This document shows positions 21,501-33,300 of a stretch of DNA of 64,000 nt, piece after piece. Positions within the stretch are counted from its first letter, which is position 1, and each line of letters begins with the position of its first letter. Under the pieces are notes generated by a model. The model made no database searches. It saw nothing but the letters and a program-made list of their open reading frames with translations, and had not been told where the DNA came from. The stretch is from Caecitellus pseudoparvulus (Eukaryota > Protista > Bigyra: Bicosoecida). Position numbers and translations under genes: made by a program. The stretch is taken from the NCBI GenBank assembly GCA_965644315.1, contig CBFFRQ010000062.1:248001-312000 (forward strand). Direction: 5' to 3'.

Positions 21501-24488
21501 TGGGACACGGACTGGTCCATCTGGCTCTGTAAGCAAAAGCCGGGCCGCAGCATCGCCTACTTGAACATCCACATCCCAGGCCGCATGCAAAACAACGCGA
21601 ACCCGCCTGAGAACTACCTCGGGTACATGTCCACACTGCGAGCGAACCGTAGCATCCCCTTCACTCAAAACCCTGGCGTCACGGGCATCGCCGGCGAGTC
21701 AGGGTGGTACATGCGGCAGGATGCGGGGGCGCCAACCTTCTGGACCATCCAGTCCATGCAAGTGCAACGTGGGCACTACGTTCCCCTCGCAGTCAAGTAC
21801 CCAGCCGGCACCACATTCGTCGTGCACATCCTGAACAGGTGGCGCACATGGCCCCAGAACCAGCGCTACACCGTGCCCCAGCTGCAGTCGCGTGCAGCCA
21901 TCTTCACAGACGGCGAGGCGGGTCTGAAGTCCGTCGCGCAGCTGCCCACATCCTGCACCGGTGAGAAGCTGGGATCAGCGACTCTGTGCACGGAAACTGA
22001 CATGGGCGCCCTGGGCCCTGGGTGGTTCTTTGACGGCTCCTTCTTGTGGCTGCGCCTGGTGCAGCCATCGTACTACTTCGACACGTCCTTTGCAGGCACC
22101 TACTCTTGGAGCCGGGAAGGGCTGACCGTCTTGGACATCGAGGGCGCCTTCCACTACGAAATCACCGCCACCTGCCCTCCCGGCACGCTGAACGGGGACG
22201 GTAGCGCATGCGCCGTGGCAGACTCCATCCCTCTCGATGGACAGCCCATGCCAGGGGACATTGATGTATCAGACGACGACGCGCCGTGGCAGCCACCGCC
22301 CAGCCCCACCAGCACACCCCCAGCCGTGTCCCCCACCCCCTCTGGCTCGCCTGCCGCGCCATCGGCCTCCCCTTCCTCCCAGGCATCATCCACCCCCCTG
22401 GCAACGGGCCCATCCACCCCGACCCCCATGGCGACGGGCCCATCCACCCCGACCCCCGTGGCAACGGGCTCATCCACCCCGACCCCCATGGCAACGGGTC
22501 CGTCCACCCCGACCCCATCTGCCTCTGGCCCGGCTAGCCCCAGTGCCCAGGCCACAACTTCCCGCTCCCCAGTGCCTACGCGCCAACCCCACGAGTCCCC
22601 GACTTCCTCCCCATCAGGTGTGGCCACGGGCTCGCCCACAATGAGTCCCGCATCCACCCCAGATTCCACGGCGACGGCAAGCGCCTCCCAGGCAGCCTCG
22701 CCCACAAGTGCGGCAACCACCACGCCCGAGGCGACCACATCACCAGGGGCAACCTCCGCATCCACCCCCATGGCCTCCCCCCCGCCCACCTCCACTCCTG
22801 AAGCCTCCACTTCTCCCGCCAACACGCCTGCCGCATCACCAGAGGCGACCTCTGAGGCGTCTCCGTCTGCTGCCCCCACCACTGACGTGTGTGCGGACAA
22901 GCAGGGCATGTGCAGTGGGCATGGGCAGTGCCAGCCCCACTCAGCAGGCACTGCCAGCGCAGGGGAAGGCGGCTCTGGGGCCTCCACCATCCCGGTGTGT
23001 GCCTGCTCCACCGGCTGGACTGGCTTCGACTGCTCTCGACGGGTGCCTCCCGCGAGCCGTGACGGCTCGACCAGCAGCATGGCAGTGGACCAGGGCGCCA
23101 CGCTGGCCGACCTCAACGCGGAGCTGTGCGCCAACGGACTGCCCGACCACCGCACCCTGACAGCAGGCACTGCCGAGAACGTGTTGCACGTGGAGGCTGA
23201 CATCGACTGCGGCGGCGCAGCGGCATGGGCGCAGCGGACAGGCAGTGCACCCGTTGGCTGTGCCGCCCGCTGCAAGCTGGGCATGAGGTGCTTCGCAGAC
23301 AGCGACTGCTCACCGCCCGGAGCAGACCTCACCCACGCCTCTGCCCACGTCTGCCGCGTCGTGCCCGACGACCTGCGAGCCGGCTTCGCCGCGCCACCCG
23401 CCCTGGAGGCAGACGCCTTCCCCCGCGAAGTACCGGGTCGCTGTGTGCGGCTGGGGCATGCCCAGGATGGACTGCGTTCCCTGCACCTGCGGCTGTGGCT
23501 ATGGGGGCTGGACCTGCCCGACGCTGTCGCAGCTGACCTCTCTGCCCTGCTTCCAGGTGCCCTGGCCAGGGCCCTCACGGCCGCGGGAGTGCGGGCAGGG
23601 CGTTCCACACACCCTGCCTGGCAGCAACTCATCTCGCTGGCTGGCCTGGGTGACGGAGCACCCTCTGCGCGGCAGCTGGGCTCCAAGCCAGTGGCGACCT
23701 TTACCGACGACTTTGCGGCGGGCGCCGCCAAGGAGGGTGGCCCAGGCGACGTCCCAGACACCTTCACAGACTCCTGGGCAGCCCAGGAGACACAGCAGGG
23801 GGGAGAGAAGAGCGAAAACCCCCCCCTCGCATACTTCACGGACTCGTTTTCCCCCACGTGGGCTGCACCCGAGGCTAGGGCACTGCAGGGGGCCCCCGCC
23901 GCAGCACTGCAGGTGACAGTGCAAGTGCAGGCGCCTGGCGCTGGTGTGTCGGATGCCGACCTGCTCGCCTTGGCCTCGTCTGCAGTGGACAGTGGGGATG
24001 TGCACCGGGAGTTGCTGGCGGCACAGCCTGGCTTGCCCGTGACGCGTGTGACGTCCAACGCTAACAGTGCAGGGGTGGCCGAGGTGGGGGCTGCTCGAGG
24101 GGACGGCGCCACCCCCTCGGCTTCCCCCTCCCCCTCCCCTGAGCCAGGGGCTGCAGCCGGCAGTGGCACCTCCTCCAAGCCCTCCGGCATGGACGCGCTG
24201 GGCGGCCTGGCGGGCGTCATGGGCATCGTGGCTGGCGTGGTGGTCATCGCCATCGTCGTGGCGGCTGTGTTGTGGCAGCAGCGGACGGCGCCGCGAGGCC
24301 GCTTCGCCAGCACAGCTGCGCGCGCAGTGCCCAAGACCGGCGCCGCTCAGTCCCCTGCTGCTGCCCCCCGCCGCCCGTCAGTGATTGGCGACACGGTGAA
24401 CCCGCTGGTCAGCGCCGGGCACAGCGGCGCCTCCACCCGTAACAGCCGCATGTCCCGCATTCAGCGTGCACAGGGGCCGCAGGTGTGA
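18592..24488 (+). CDS. Type-I membrane G8-domain/parallel beta-helix protein (CEMIP/TMEM2/fibrocystin-like), with N-terminal CBM-like domain, S/T/P stalk and EGF-like domain
   Basis: Signal peptide MHSLQAVLALASIAAAAA; intron 18973..19052 (GTGCGT..GCAG, phase 0). G8 motifs W.....W..G.VP..G..V.I and GL.V.G.L.LHG..TWTRL..W.VG..I; GQ...L.RY..H.H; RC+.+HG; EDG.E; EGF-like CSGHGQC..C.C..GWTG.DC; TM GVMGIVAGVVVIAIVVAAVLW. Confidence 0.9.
22390..22517 (+). repeat. 30-nt tandem repeat x4 encoding TP(L/M/V)ATG(P/S)STP
   Basis: The unit gacccccatggcaacgggcccatccacccc is repeated with variation. Confidence 0.85.
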
Positions 24489-24705
24489 GGGCGGTGGCCT
24501 CAGCACTTGCCGCAGCGCGCGTGTGTGTGTCTGTTTTCTCACTATTCTGTCCTGCTCACCGTGCAGCTGGCTTGCGCGTGGCAGTGGGTGGCAAGTCTCA
24601 AATGCAACTTGCCGCAACACAATCAGTTGAGCATGCAGTGCCCCATCGTGATCACCCCATTGAAGCGTGTGGCGCGGCCATCGATTGACGCTTGCGCGAC
24701 ACACC

Positions 24706-25418
24706 ATGCAGGCTGCACTTGCAGCGCTGCAGGAGGTGGGAGCGGAAATGGCAGAGCTGAAGGCTCACTGCAAACAAGCAGATCACCTGTCTCAAGCCAT
24801 GGTGGACGTTGTGGACGTTTTTTCAAGGCTTGAGGGCGGGCTCGCAGTCCAGAGGGCGTGCCTTGCGCCAGGCACGCTGTTTCGGGCACAGAAACCAGGT
24901 GCGGCGCCGCGTGAAGAATCCCTCCCCTTGCAAGGAGCATACACCCACTCGCTTACTTTACAGTTGAAGCGAAAACCGCTGCGGTTGAGGGACAGGGCTC
25001 GGCAGCAACCCACAAGGAGCGAGGCAAGCCGAAGGTGCGTTTGCGCGTAACGCCAGCGAAACTTGCTCCAACACCGCCTGTGCCCCTGTCGCAGCGAACA
25101 CTGCAAGACGCCCTTCGAGCATGCATTCCATCCAAATTCCACACCCCCACGGACCTGGATAATCTCGGCAAGCTGGTCAAGCTCGCCAAAGAGCGGCGTG
25201 GTGCAGCCAAGGCCGGCCCCGCCAGTGACGCCGACGAGGGCATCACCCTTCGGGATGCGCACGGTGCCACTGGGCGGCCCATGATGGCCTGCAACGCATA
25301 CCTGTCAGCTCTTGTGGCGGGGAAGTTTCTGGAGCGCCGCACGGGCGGCGGGCGCCGCAGCACTGGCATTTCCTTCCACTGGGTGCCGCCTCGCCAGCGC
25401 GGCAGCAGGAAGCACTGA
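24706..25418 (+). CDS. Putative DASH/Dam1 complex subunit Dam1-like kinetochore protein, 2 exons
   Basis: Intron 24899..24963 (GTGCGG..ACAG, phase 1) joins the ORFs. N-terminal L.E+..L+....L...+..+...FS.L..GL.+...C pattern resembles the Dam1 coiled domain. C-terminal IP.KF..LD.L..G+TL.D..C..YL.ALV..K.L.R..G..F.W resembles the winged-helix-like tail of fungal/oomycete Dam1. Confidence 0.5.
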
Positions 25419-25436
25419 GTGCCCACGTCCAGGCCC

Positions 25437-26322
25437 TTACCCCACCGCCATGCGCTTGCGGCCTCGTGCTCTCACCGCGGAGAAGCGCCGCTGCACGGCA
25501 TCTGCGCCTGTCACAGCCCCCATGTACGCGGCCAGCAGCACCTTCCACGCCCCATCCTGCTTTGGGTGAGAGCTGGTGAAGGCGCGCTCAAGCACGTACA
25601 AGTCCACGCCGAGGTCTTCCTGGGAACGGTTGGTGTTGCGGGAGGCCAGGCCAAAGTCGATGAGGGTCACTGCGTGGTCCCCCGGCGACACCATCACGTT
25701 GGAGGTGGTGAGGTCGCCGTGCACAATGCCAGCACTGTGCACTGCCGCCACAGCCGTGCCGATGGCGCCCGCCAATTCCCGCAAGGTGCTGCAGGCTGCT
25801 GCTGACGGTGCAGCGTCAAGGCTGGAGCCGCCGGCAGGCCCAACTTCGACGGCCCCCGTGGTAGTGACCCGAAATGGGGCGTCCAGCCCCGCCCCTGCCG
25901 CATCCACCGCCCGGAATGCACTTGCCGCCGTGACACCGTCCACCTTGGACATGATGACGATGCCCGCTGCGTCGTCGGCGTGCAGCAGGGTAGGCGCAGG
26001 AATGCCCGCCTCTGCGCACCGCTCCAACGCCCGGTGCTCAGCACGGGTGCGGGCTTTGGTGAGCTTGCTGTCGAGAGCCGGGTGGCGGTATGCCTTAGGA
26101 AACCTCCACTTGATCACGGCTGGGCTGCCTTGCCACTCCCCTGTGTACACTCTCTGTGGGGGTGCAGTGGCAGGTGGCATGGGGTGCACCAGGCGCCGCC
26201 AGCACGAGTGGGCCGAGACGCACCGCCTCAGCGCCCTGAGAAACAAGTGTGGAGGAGGACAAGAGCGCTTCATACGCTGCTGGGACCCTGTCCCCGACCT
26301 GTACATCACTGGCGGCCGCCAT
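25437..26322 (-). CDS. BUD32: Bud32/PRPK (TP53RK) KEOPS atypical kinase
   Basis: SQGAEA|RVY (intron 26154..26223), K.RFPK.YRHP.LD.KLTK.R, HGDLTTSN, IDFGL, ED.GVDLYVLERAF.S.HP, VR.RGRKR. Confidence 0.95.
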
Positions 26323-26629
26323 GGTCTGAAGCACAGGCGCCTTTGCGTGTCGCTGCGGAAATTGGATGCCTTGCCAACTAGCAGCAGCTGTAGCAGCGTG
26401 CTCAAATCAAAACAGTCCGCCAATGCACTGCAATCCACATTTTTGGAAATTGAACATTGTGAGTGTGAGCTCATGTGCCCCACTTTGCCCTCTGTGGAGT
26501 TCGGGGGTCCTCGTGCTTCATCCTCCTAGCAGAGCACAAACTTTGGGTGCGGGTCTGCTTCAGAACTCACCTCTTCGAGTCTTTCACAGACGCCCAACAC
26601 AGTAGCATCTTTTTAGACTTTTGCGCAAA

Positions 26630-27332
26630 ATGGCAGCCGCATCTGCCCCCATTGAGGTCCGTGTGCAGCCCGCGCTGTCCAGTCTGGCATGCGGAATTCT
26701 GTGCATCCTCCCTCATCGCCCACCTGTACAGGTTGGCACTGCCTTCCCGGAGGTCACTGTGCACAAGGTTGGGGAGGAAATTAAGACTTCTGGCAGTACG
26801 ATGGAGGGGTGCGTCTTTGCTGCGGCTCTGGCAGCTACTGGCATCCGATTGCTGCATGCACGAGCTCTGACCCCGCCGCGCAGGAAGCTGGTGCTCGTGG
26901 GAGTGCCTGGCGCCTTCACACCCACCTGCCACCTGAAGCACCTCCCAAGCTATGTTGAACAAGCTGCCCAGTTCAAGGAGGCGGGTGCCAAGCTCGTCTT
27001 CACGTCTGGTGAGTGTGCTGGCGCCGCCGGTGTGACCTTGCACCGAGCACGCCCGCCCACCCAACGACTGTGCAGTGAACGACGCTTTCGTCATGAAGGC
27101 ATGGGGTGCTGCCACAGGTGCTGATGAAGCCGGCATCGACATGTGGGCTGACCCCAAGGCAGAGCTTGCAAAGGCGCTGGGTGTGGATTTCGAAGTGCCT
27201 GCTCTGGGCGGCGTGCGCTCGCAGCGCTACGCGGCGTTCGTGGAAGACGGCACCGTGAAGCACCTTGCCTTGGACAAGGGGGACGAGAGCAGCTTTGCAG
27301 CGGCCATGCTGAAGGTTGTGAAGGGGGAGTAA
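26630..27332 (+). CDS. PRDX5: Type II peroxiredoxin (PRX5-like)
   Basis: [15 protein letters not shown]|[12 protein letters not shown]....AKALG, RSQRYA..V.DG. Introns 26657..26731, 26809..26883 and 27009..27075. Confidence 0.95.
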
Positions 27333-27527
27333 CTGGCACCTTCCTCCGGCGGCGTGCCAGGGTTGAACGACCGGGCTGACCGGCACTGCCATGAGTCGCT
27401 CACAATCCAACACTCCACAGAGCCCACAACCCATGCATGTCTTGCCCATGCCACTGGCTGTGCGCCCAGTTTGTCGCCCCTGCTCCTCTTGGGACTAGGC
27501 TGGGCCGTGCAATTTCCGCAGCCAAGC

Positions 27528-29847
27528 ATGACTGCCGCATTCAGTTCCCCTCCGCGGGTGGCTGCCAGCGGCTCCAGGCGCAGCACCACTCCCCAACGCC
27601 ATGTGTTCCATGAGCCCCTGGTGATTCGCCCCATGAGCCCCATGCGCCGCTTTTGGGGAGGGACTTGCCGTGCCATTGCTGTTGGCTTGTTTTGGCTGCT
27701 GGTGGCACTGGTTGCCTGCCGCATCCTGCTGCCTGGCGTGTTCAAAGCTGGGGCTGCCTTGGCCCCCACTCCTCAGCCAGTCACGGTACCTAAGAAGCAG
27801 GCTGATGGCACGACGGTGAACGTCCTGTCTCCCACCCACGAGGCGCTGCTGTCCGGCATGGGCGCCTGCGGCATCACTCAGGATGCCGCAACCTGTCCCT
27901 TCGCTTCCGCCTCCGACCTCGCAGCCACCAGTGCTGCCTTGGGGGCGGTGGAAGAGCGGGTGAGGGGCATGCAGGCGCTGAAAGAGCAAGTGGAGGGGCT
28001 ATCTGGTGCTCTCGATGCCCTAAAAGCTTCAGGCGTGGACAGGGACGGAGAGGTGCGCAAAGCCCGCCGCTTGTCGCTGCGACCTGGCGCCCGTGCAAAC
28101 CGCTGCTAGTTTGCCGCATGAACGTGCCGCTCCTGGCATTCTTCGCCTATCTCTGTGTTTGCAGACTAAATTTCAGCTGGAAACCTTGAAGGGGCATCTG
28201 GAAGGCAAGTTGGCGCAGGCCGTGGAGGAGCTGGAGAGCAAGCTGAAGACAGCCATTGAGCTTGTCTCAGCAAACTATGAGCAAGCGGCAGGGACGGCCG
28301 CCATGGCCTCTGCAAATAACGATGGCTTAGACGAGAAGCTCTCCTCGGTGCAGGCTTCCGTGGACGGCTTGTCGTCGGACGTGGACAGCCTCGCGGGGAC
28401 TGTGTCTGGTCTGCAGGGCGACGTGGCCACGTTCAAGGCAGCCGCCGAGGCGGCAGAGGCCGCCGCCAGCGCTGCGTCCAAGCAAGCGTCAGAGGCAATA
28501 GGGGCTGCGCACGCTGCCCAGGAGTCCCTGACTCTGGCCTCGGCCACGGTGTCAGCGACCGCCAGCGACGACCAGCCCCCCACGCCCGTTGCAGTGGAGC
28601 CCGACGAGGCAGCGCTCATCGCCACGGTCACTGAGCTCGCACAAGCGCATGTCGGCGAGGCAGTGCGATCGAAGCTGGCAGCCGAGACCGGCAGTATCTC
28701 CGACTCTGCCAAGCAGATGGTGGCGGACGCTGTACGGGAGGCGCTGGACTCCGCTGATGTGGCTGCTTCTATCCAGGTGGCCGTGCAAGGCGTCGTTGCG
28801 GATGCGCTGTCGGAAGGCTCAACTGCCCGAGCCACGCTGGATGGCGCGGCACGGGACGCTCTCATGAGTGCCATCCAGGGCAGCGGCTCCATTCCCGAAG
28901 TAGCGGAGGCTGCGCAGGCTGTGGCCAAGGAGGCTGTCGCCGCAGCCCTGCCATCTGTTGTGCAGTCTGCGTCTGTTGACGAGGCTGCCAGGGAAGCAAT
29001 AACGACTGCTCTGCAGCCAGCTGCGGCTGAAGCGGCCACTGGCGTCGTGGAGAGCACCCTCGCTCCTTGGGTGGAGGAGGCGAAGGCAAGCCTCACTACG
29101 GCGGCTGCGACGGCTGTGGCTGATGCAAGCGCCACCCAGGCTTCCACTGGACCTGCTGCAGGCGATGCATCGGCCTTGGCGCGGCAGTTCCCAGCGTCGC
29201 TTGCCCTGGCGACGCTGGGCGCCTTTGTCGAGGTGGGGCCTGGCACAACCGGCACGGCCCTCTTGGAGCAAGCCAGCGCTGACGTGCTGCAGCACTGTTC
29301 CACGCCCATTGCAGGAGAAGGCAGGCCTTCCGTCATTCGGGATCTTCTGAACGCCGCCTCGCCAGGTGATGCGGTGTACAGCAGCGGTGCAGGCTTGCCC
29401 TCAGCGCAGGCCGTCGCCAAGTGCCGCGCGGCGAAGCAGCTCACTGCGCAGCACTCACTCCCCTTTGGCAAACTGGCTTCGTCCAACCCAGACTGGCTTA
29501 CCCTGGGCACTCGACCTGTGCCTGGGGAGGCGTGGGTGGTGGATGCTGGCCAGGCTGAAGTGACCCTGCGACTTGCGCAGCCTGCAGCGCTGGCACGTGT
29601 TGGGCTGCTTTTCCCTACCAAGTACCAGGCACACGAAGAATCACAGTGCATGCCCTCCTCCGTGACCTTGCAGTGTGTCGACGGTGACAGGCCTGTTCCG
29701 TATGCGAGTGGCACCCTCATTGCTGACCCTGAGGCAGGTGAAGCGTGGGTGGACGTGGAGGCGGCATCCCAGTGCATGCGCTTCAAAGCGACGTTTTTCT
29801 CGAACCAGCAGCGCATTTGTGTGTACAGGCTTGTCTTGCAGGCTTGA
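27528..29847 (+). CDS. SUN-domain inner nuclear membrane protein (TM, coiled coil, divergent C-terminal SUN)
   Basis: TM AIAVGLFWLLVALVA; coiled coil; LALATLGA.V; PGEAW...G...VTLRLA.P; C-terminal SNQ..ICVYRL.L (SUN consensus SN.G....TCIYRFRVHG). Intron 28053..28164. Confidence 0.7.
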
Positions 29848-30372
29848 CCGCCCTCCTCAGCCAGCCCGAATGCACGGTTCCCGCCCAGCGGGCCAACATG
29901 TGGTGTGACGGTCAGCGTTGGTGATCGTGCATTGTCAACGCTCGCCACATTCACGAAGAGGCTCTCACTTCACTTCACATCACACCACATCACTCACAGG
30001 CCTCAAACAGTTGTTTGGTTGCGCAGCATCTGCCACTGCAGCGCTCAATTCCATAGCCATGGCTTGTAGACTTCCACCCTACGAACTCAAGCTGCAACGG
30101 CCCCATGCACAGTGCAGCACAGCACCAGCTTGGGCAACCAGACAACATGATTGACACCTGCTGTTGCATCTTGGATATCTGGCCGGCAGAGCAGGCGTTC
30201 TGCAATGAACGTCGGCTGCAGATTGCTGCTGCGGAAATCGACTCGGCTGGGGCAAGCTCTCCTGCTTGGCCTTGCCTGGCTTCCACAGGCCTCCTGAGGC
30301 ACGGACAGCACCAACATCCTCCCATCACTATCAAAACGCCCGGGGGGACGAACTGTTGCAGTTTGCAGAGCC

Positions 30373-33300
30373 CTACAAAACCCGGCGAGGCTTCGCTCTA
30401 CCCTTGGACCGGCTGCGAGACTTGCCCCGTGACCGGGCGGCAGCTTGTGGGACGAACTGTCCAAGCCCCTGATGGGCCCGCCTGGCACCCCCCGGAGCCG
30501 CCTTTGCATCTGCTGGTGCCTTACTTTCACCCCTCCCTTTTTGTGCTTGCTTGCGAGCAGCAAGCACTTTTTCGCGGGCATCCTGGGCGGCACCTCGCAT
30601 CAGGCGCATTGTGTTTGCTTTGTCCCCCGTCGTCACACGGGTTGTCACTTTGATGTCGCTCGTGGCCTGCTTGAGCGTGTCCAAGTAGGCACTATTGCCA
30701 TCGCCGTCACCCTGCCGCTTGGCGCTGCGCAGGGGCGAGAACATCATGAACGCACCGGCACTCTCCGGCTCTTTTTTGGTTGGCTCGTGGCTTTGCCGAC
30801 CCGCAAGCAGCGCAGCCAGCATCAAATCACGCTTTATGTCTGGTTCTTCAGCGTCCATCAAAGTTGCCCGTGGGTGCTGGATGGAACCCAAACCAGGGGA
30901 TTGCACGCCGCCGTTCCCCGCCAGGGTGCTTGCAGGCGCTGCTTGGCCGTGCGCACCGTGGCCGGGCACAGCACTGGTCAGCACCCGTGTGCTGCGGGGC
31001 CCAGTGGTGAGTGGCGGAGCTGCTTCGCCTCTAAGGCCATGGGGGCCCCTTGCCGCAGAACGCTGGAGTGTTTGCAGCGGCATGGTCGGGATCACTAGCT
31101 CTTGACTGTTTCCAGCCCTGAGCAGCATTGGGTGAAGTGCATGGCGATTGCGTTTCACCCAAGCTGCAGTGCTGAGCGGATCAGCACTGCTTCTATGGCT
31201 CTGTGGGGTGCGCGCGTACTCCAGGCCTTTTTGCATGGCTGCAGCATGCTGCGCAGGCGATGAAGGCACGTGCCGACCGCCAGAGTTTGCACTTGTCCCT
31301 GAGCCAGCTCCTGGGCCTTGCTTGGGCCGAACAGCAATGGTAGCGTCGGGGTTGAGGACTCTGCGCAAGGCAGACGTGTCTGGCTTGCGCAGCAGCTTGT
31401 CCAGACCTTCCTGGATTGTCCCTTTGGCTCGGGCCAGGCCGGAGTACGCCCACCGACACATGCGTTCAAGCCAGAGCGCAGGGAGCATGAGCCAGAGGCA
31501 AACTGCTATGGGCACCCAAAGTTGTGCCCACAGTACCCATGCGATGGAGGTTAACGTCAATTGAGAAGGCACTGCCTCATCCTCGTGGGGAATGTCAAAC
31601 GCGGCAGCTGTTCGCGCGCCGCCCCCCTCTGCTCGAACAGTCCACAAGTACAGCAGAATACGAAGCGACACTTGGCCCAGCGCAGATGCCAAGACCAGGC
31701 CTGTAGTCAATGAGCGGGTCAGCGTCACCAGTTGCAGGCGCTTCACAACTGCACGTTGGCGGAGTGCACTGCGACGGTGCGCTGCCGTCGCTCCAGCAGG
31801 CAGGACCACAACATGAGAGAATTTGGACCTTTGTTCAATGTGCTGGAACATATTGAAGGGACGGAAGTACGCATAGGAGCACACAAGTGCACAGAGAAGC
31901 GCGCACATGGTGAACATGCGAGGCACAATGCTGGGCAACAAGACCGGCAAAAGGGCGCAGAAGCAGACGAGCAGGTGCCACACTGCATGCCACCACCACA
32001 GAAGGGGCCTGCTCCACCCCCACAAGAACCCGTGTTCCCGCCAAGCTTGCTGCCGCCCTCGCACAACACCACCGCCAGCCTGCGCAACGGTGGCCATCAC
32101 TCCCTGTACCTTGAAGTGCCTTGACGATGCAGCACTGCTCGTGGCGTACGCACGAGACAGGGCTGCGACTGGGCCCACGGCGACAAGCCCGATGATGACA
32201 ATGGAGCAAATTCGTAGCAACCACCGCTGTGCCGGCCCTGTGTGGGTGAATCCAATCCGCAGAACCCAGTCCCCCTTCAAAGTTTCTACCTCCGGGAACG
32301 CAGACGCGGCGGTGGCAAGAATAAGACTCGGCCCGGCTGCCCAAGATAGCATGACCAGTGCTCGGTGGAGGGCGTGCCACACCCGCTGCAGCGTCTGTGC
32401 CTGCTCGTCAACAACTCGCGCCCAAACAGACATGATACTCGCGATGAGTGCAGCTGCCAGCGCGAAGCCAGCGCCTGCAAGGGGAAGCCACAAAGATGCA
32501 GTGCCATCTCGCTTCATCAAACAAGCTGCATCAAAGGTTGCAGGCGAGAAGACGCTGGGAAGTCCAAGCATGGCATCAGTGAGAGATGTTGCGCCTTCCC
32601 CGCCTCCCCGCACAGCGTTCAACACGAAGCAAAGCTGCAAGTGCAGCAGCAGCATCCAGGCTGCGAAGGGGCGCAGAGTAGGGTCGACCCTAAAGCGCAC
32701 CGCCTCCTCGAGGGCTGTAACCCCGCGCTTGATGCTCATTGTTGCCAACTGTACAGCATCTGAAGCGATGCTGTGTGCTGCTGTCACTGCAAGAGCGGCT
32801 CCCGACTCCATGTGCACCAGCCTGACGCCCAGCAGCTGCATGGAGGGAGCCGTGCGCCAGCTGATCCCAAACACCGAGTACAGCGCCAAGCCCAAGATCC
32901 CAGCAACAATCACAGCTGCTACTGCGTTTGCAAAAGGCCGACAACGTGCGCAGAGGCCTGCGACACCATGCGACGCCGGGAAGTGTCGCCAGCCGCTCAC
33001 GCAGCGCGAGCACAGGCCCAGCCGAGGCTCGTGCCCGGGCGCACATTCAGTGTTGGTCATCTTTGCACTGCACCTGCCCAGTGAAGGTGATTGATCAGTT
33101 GCGCTCCGGCAAGCCAGAACGTTGTAACAAGTTTTGGCGCTGAACGAGCCGATGGAGCCAGAGTGGAATCGGTAGCCCGTCACAACGCGCCCGTGTCCTC
33201 GGCGGCACTCCACGCCCTCGCCACATGGTACACACTGGGCAGCACCACATAGTGATGTAGTTCCACTGGGGCAAACTTCACAGACACCAGGGTCGAGCAC

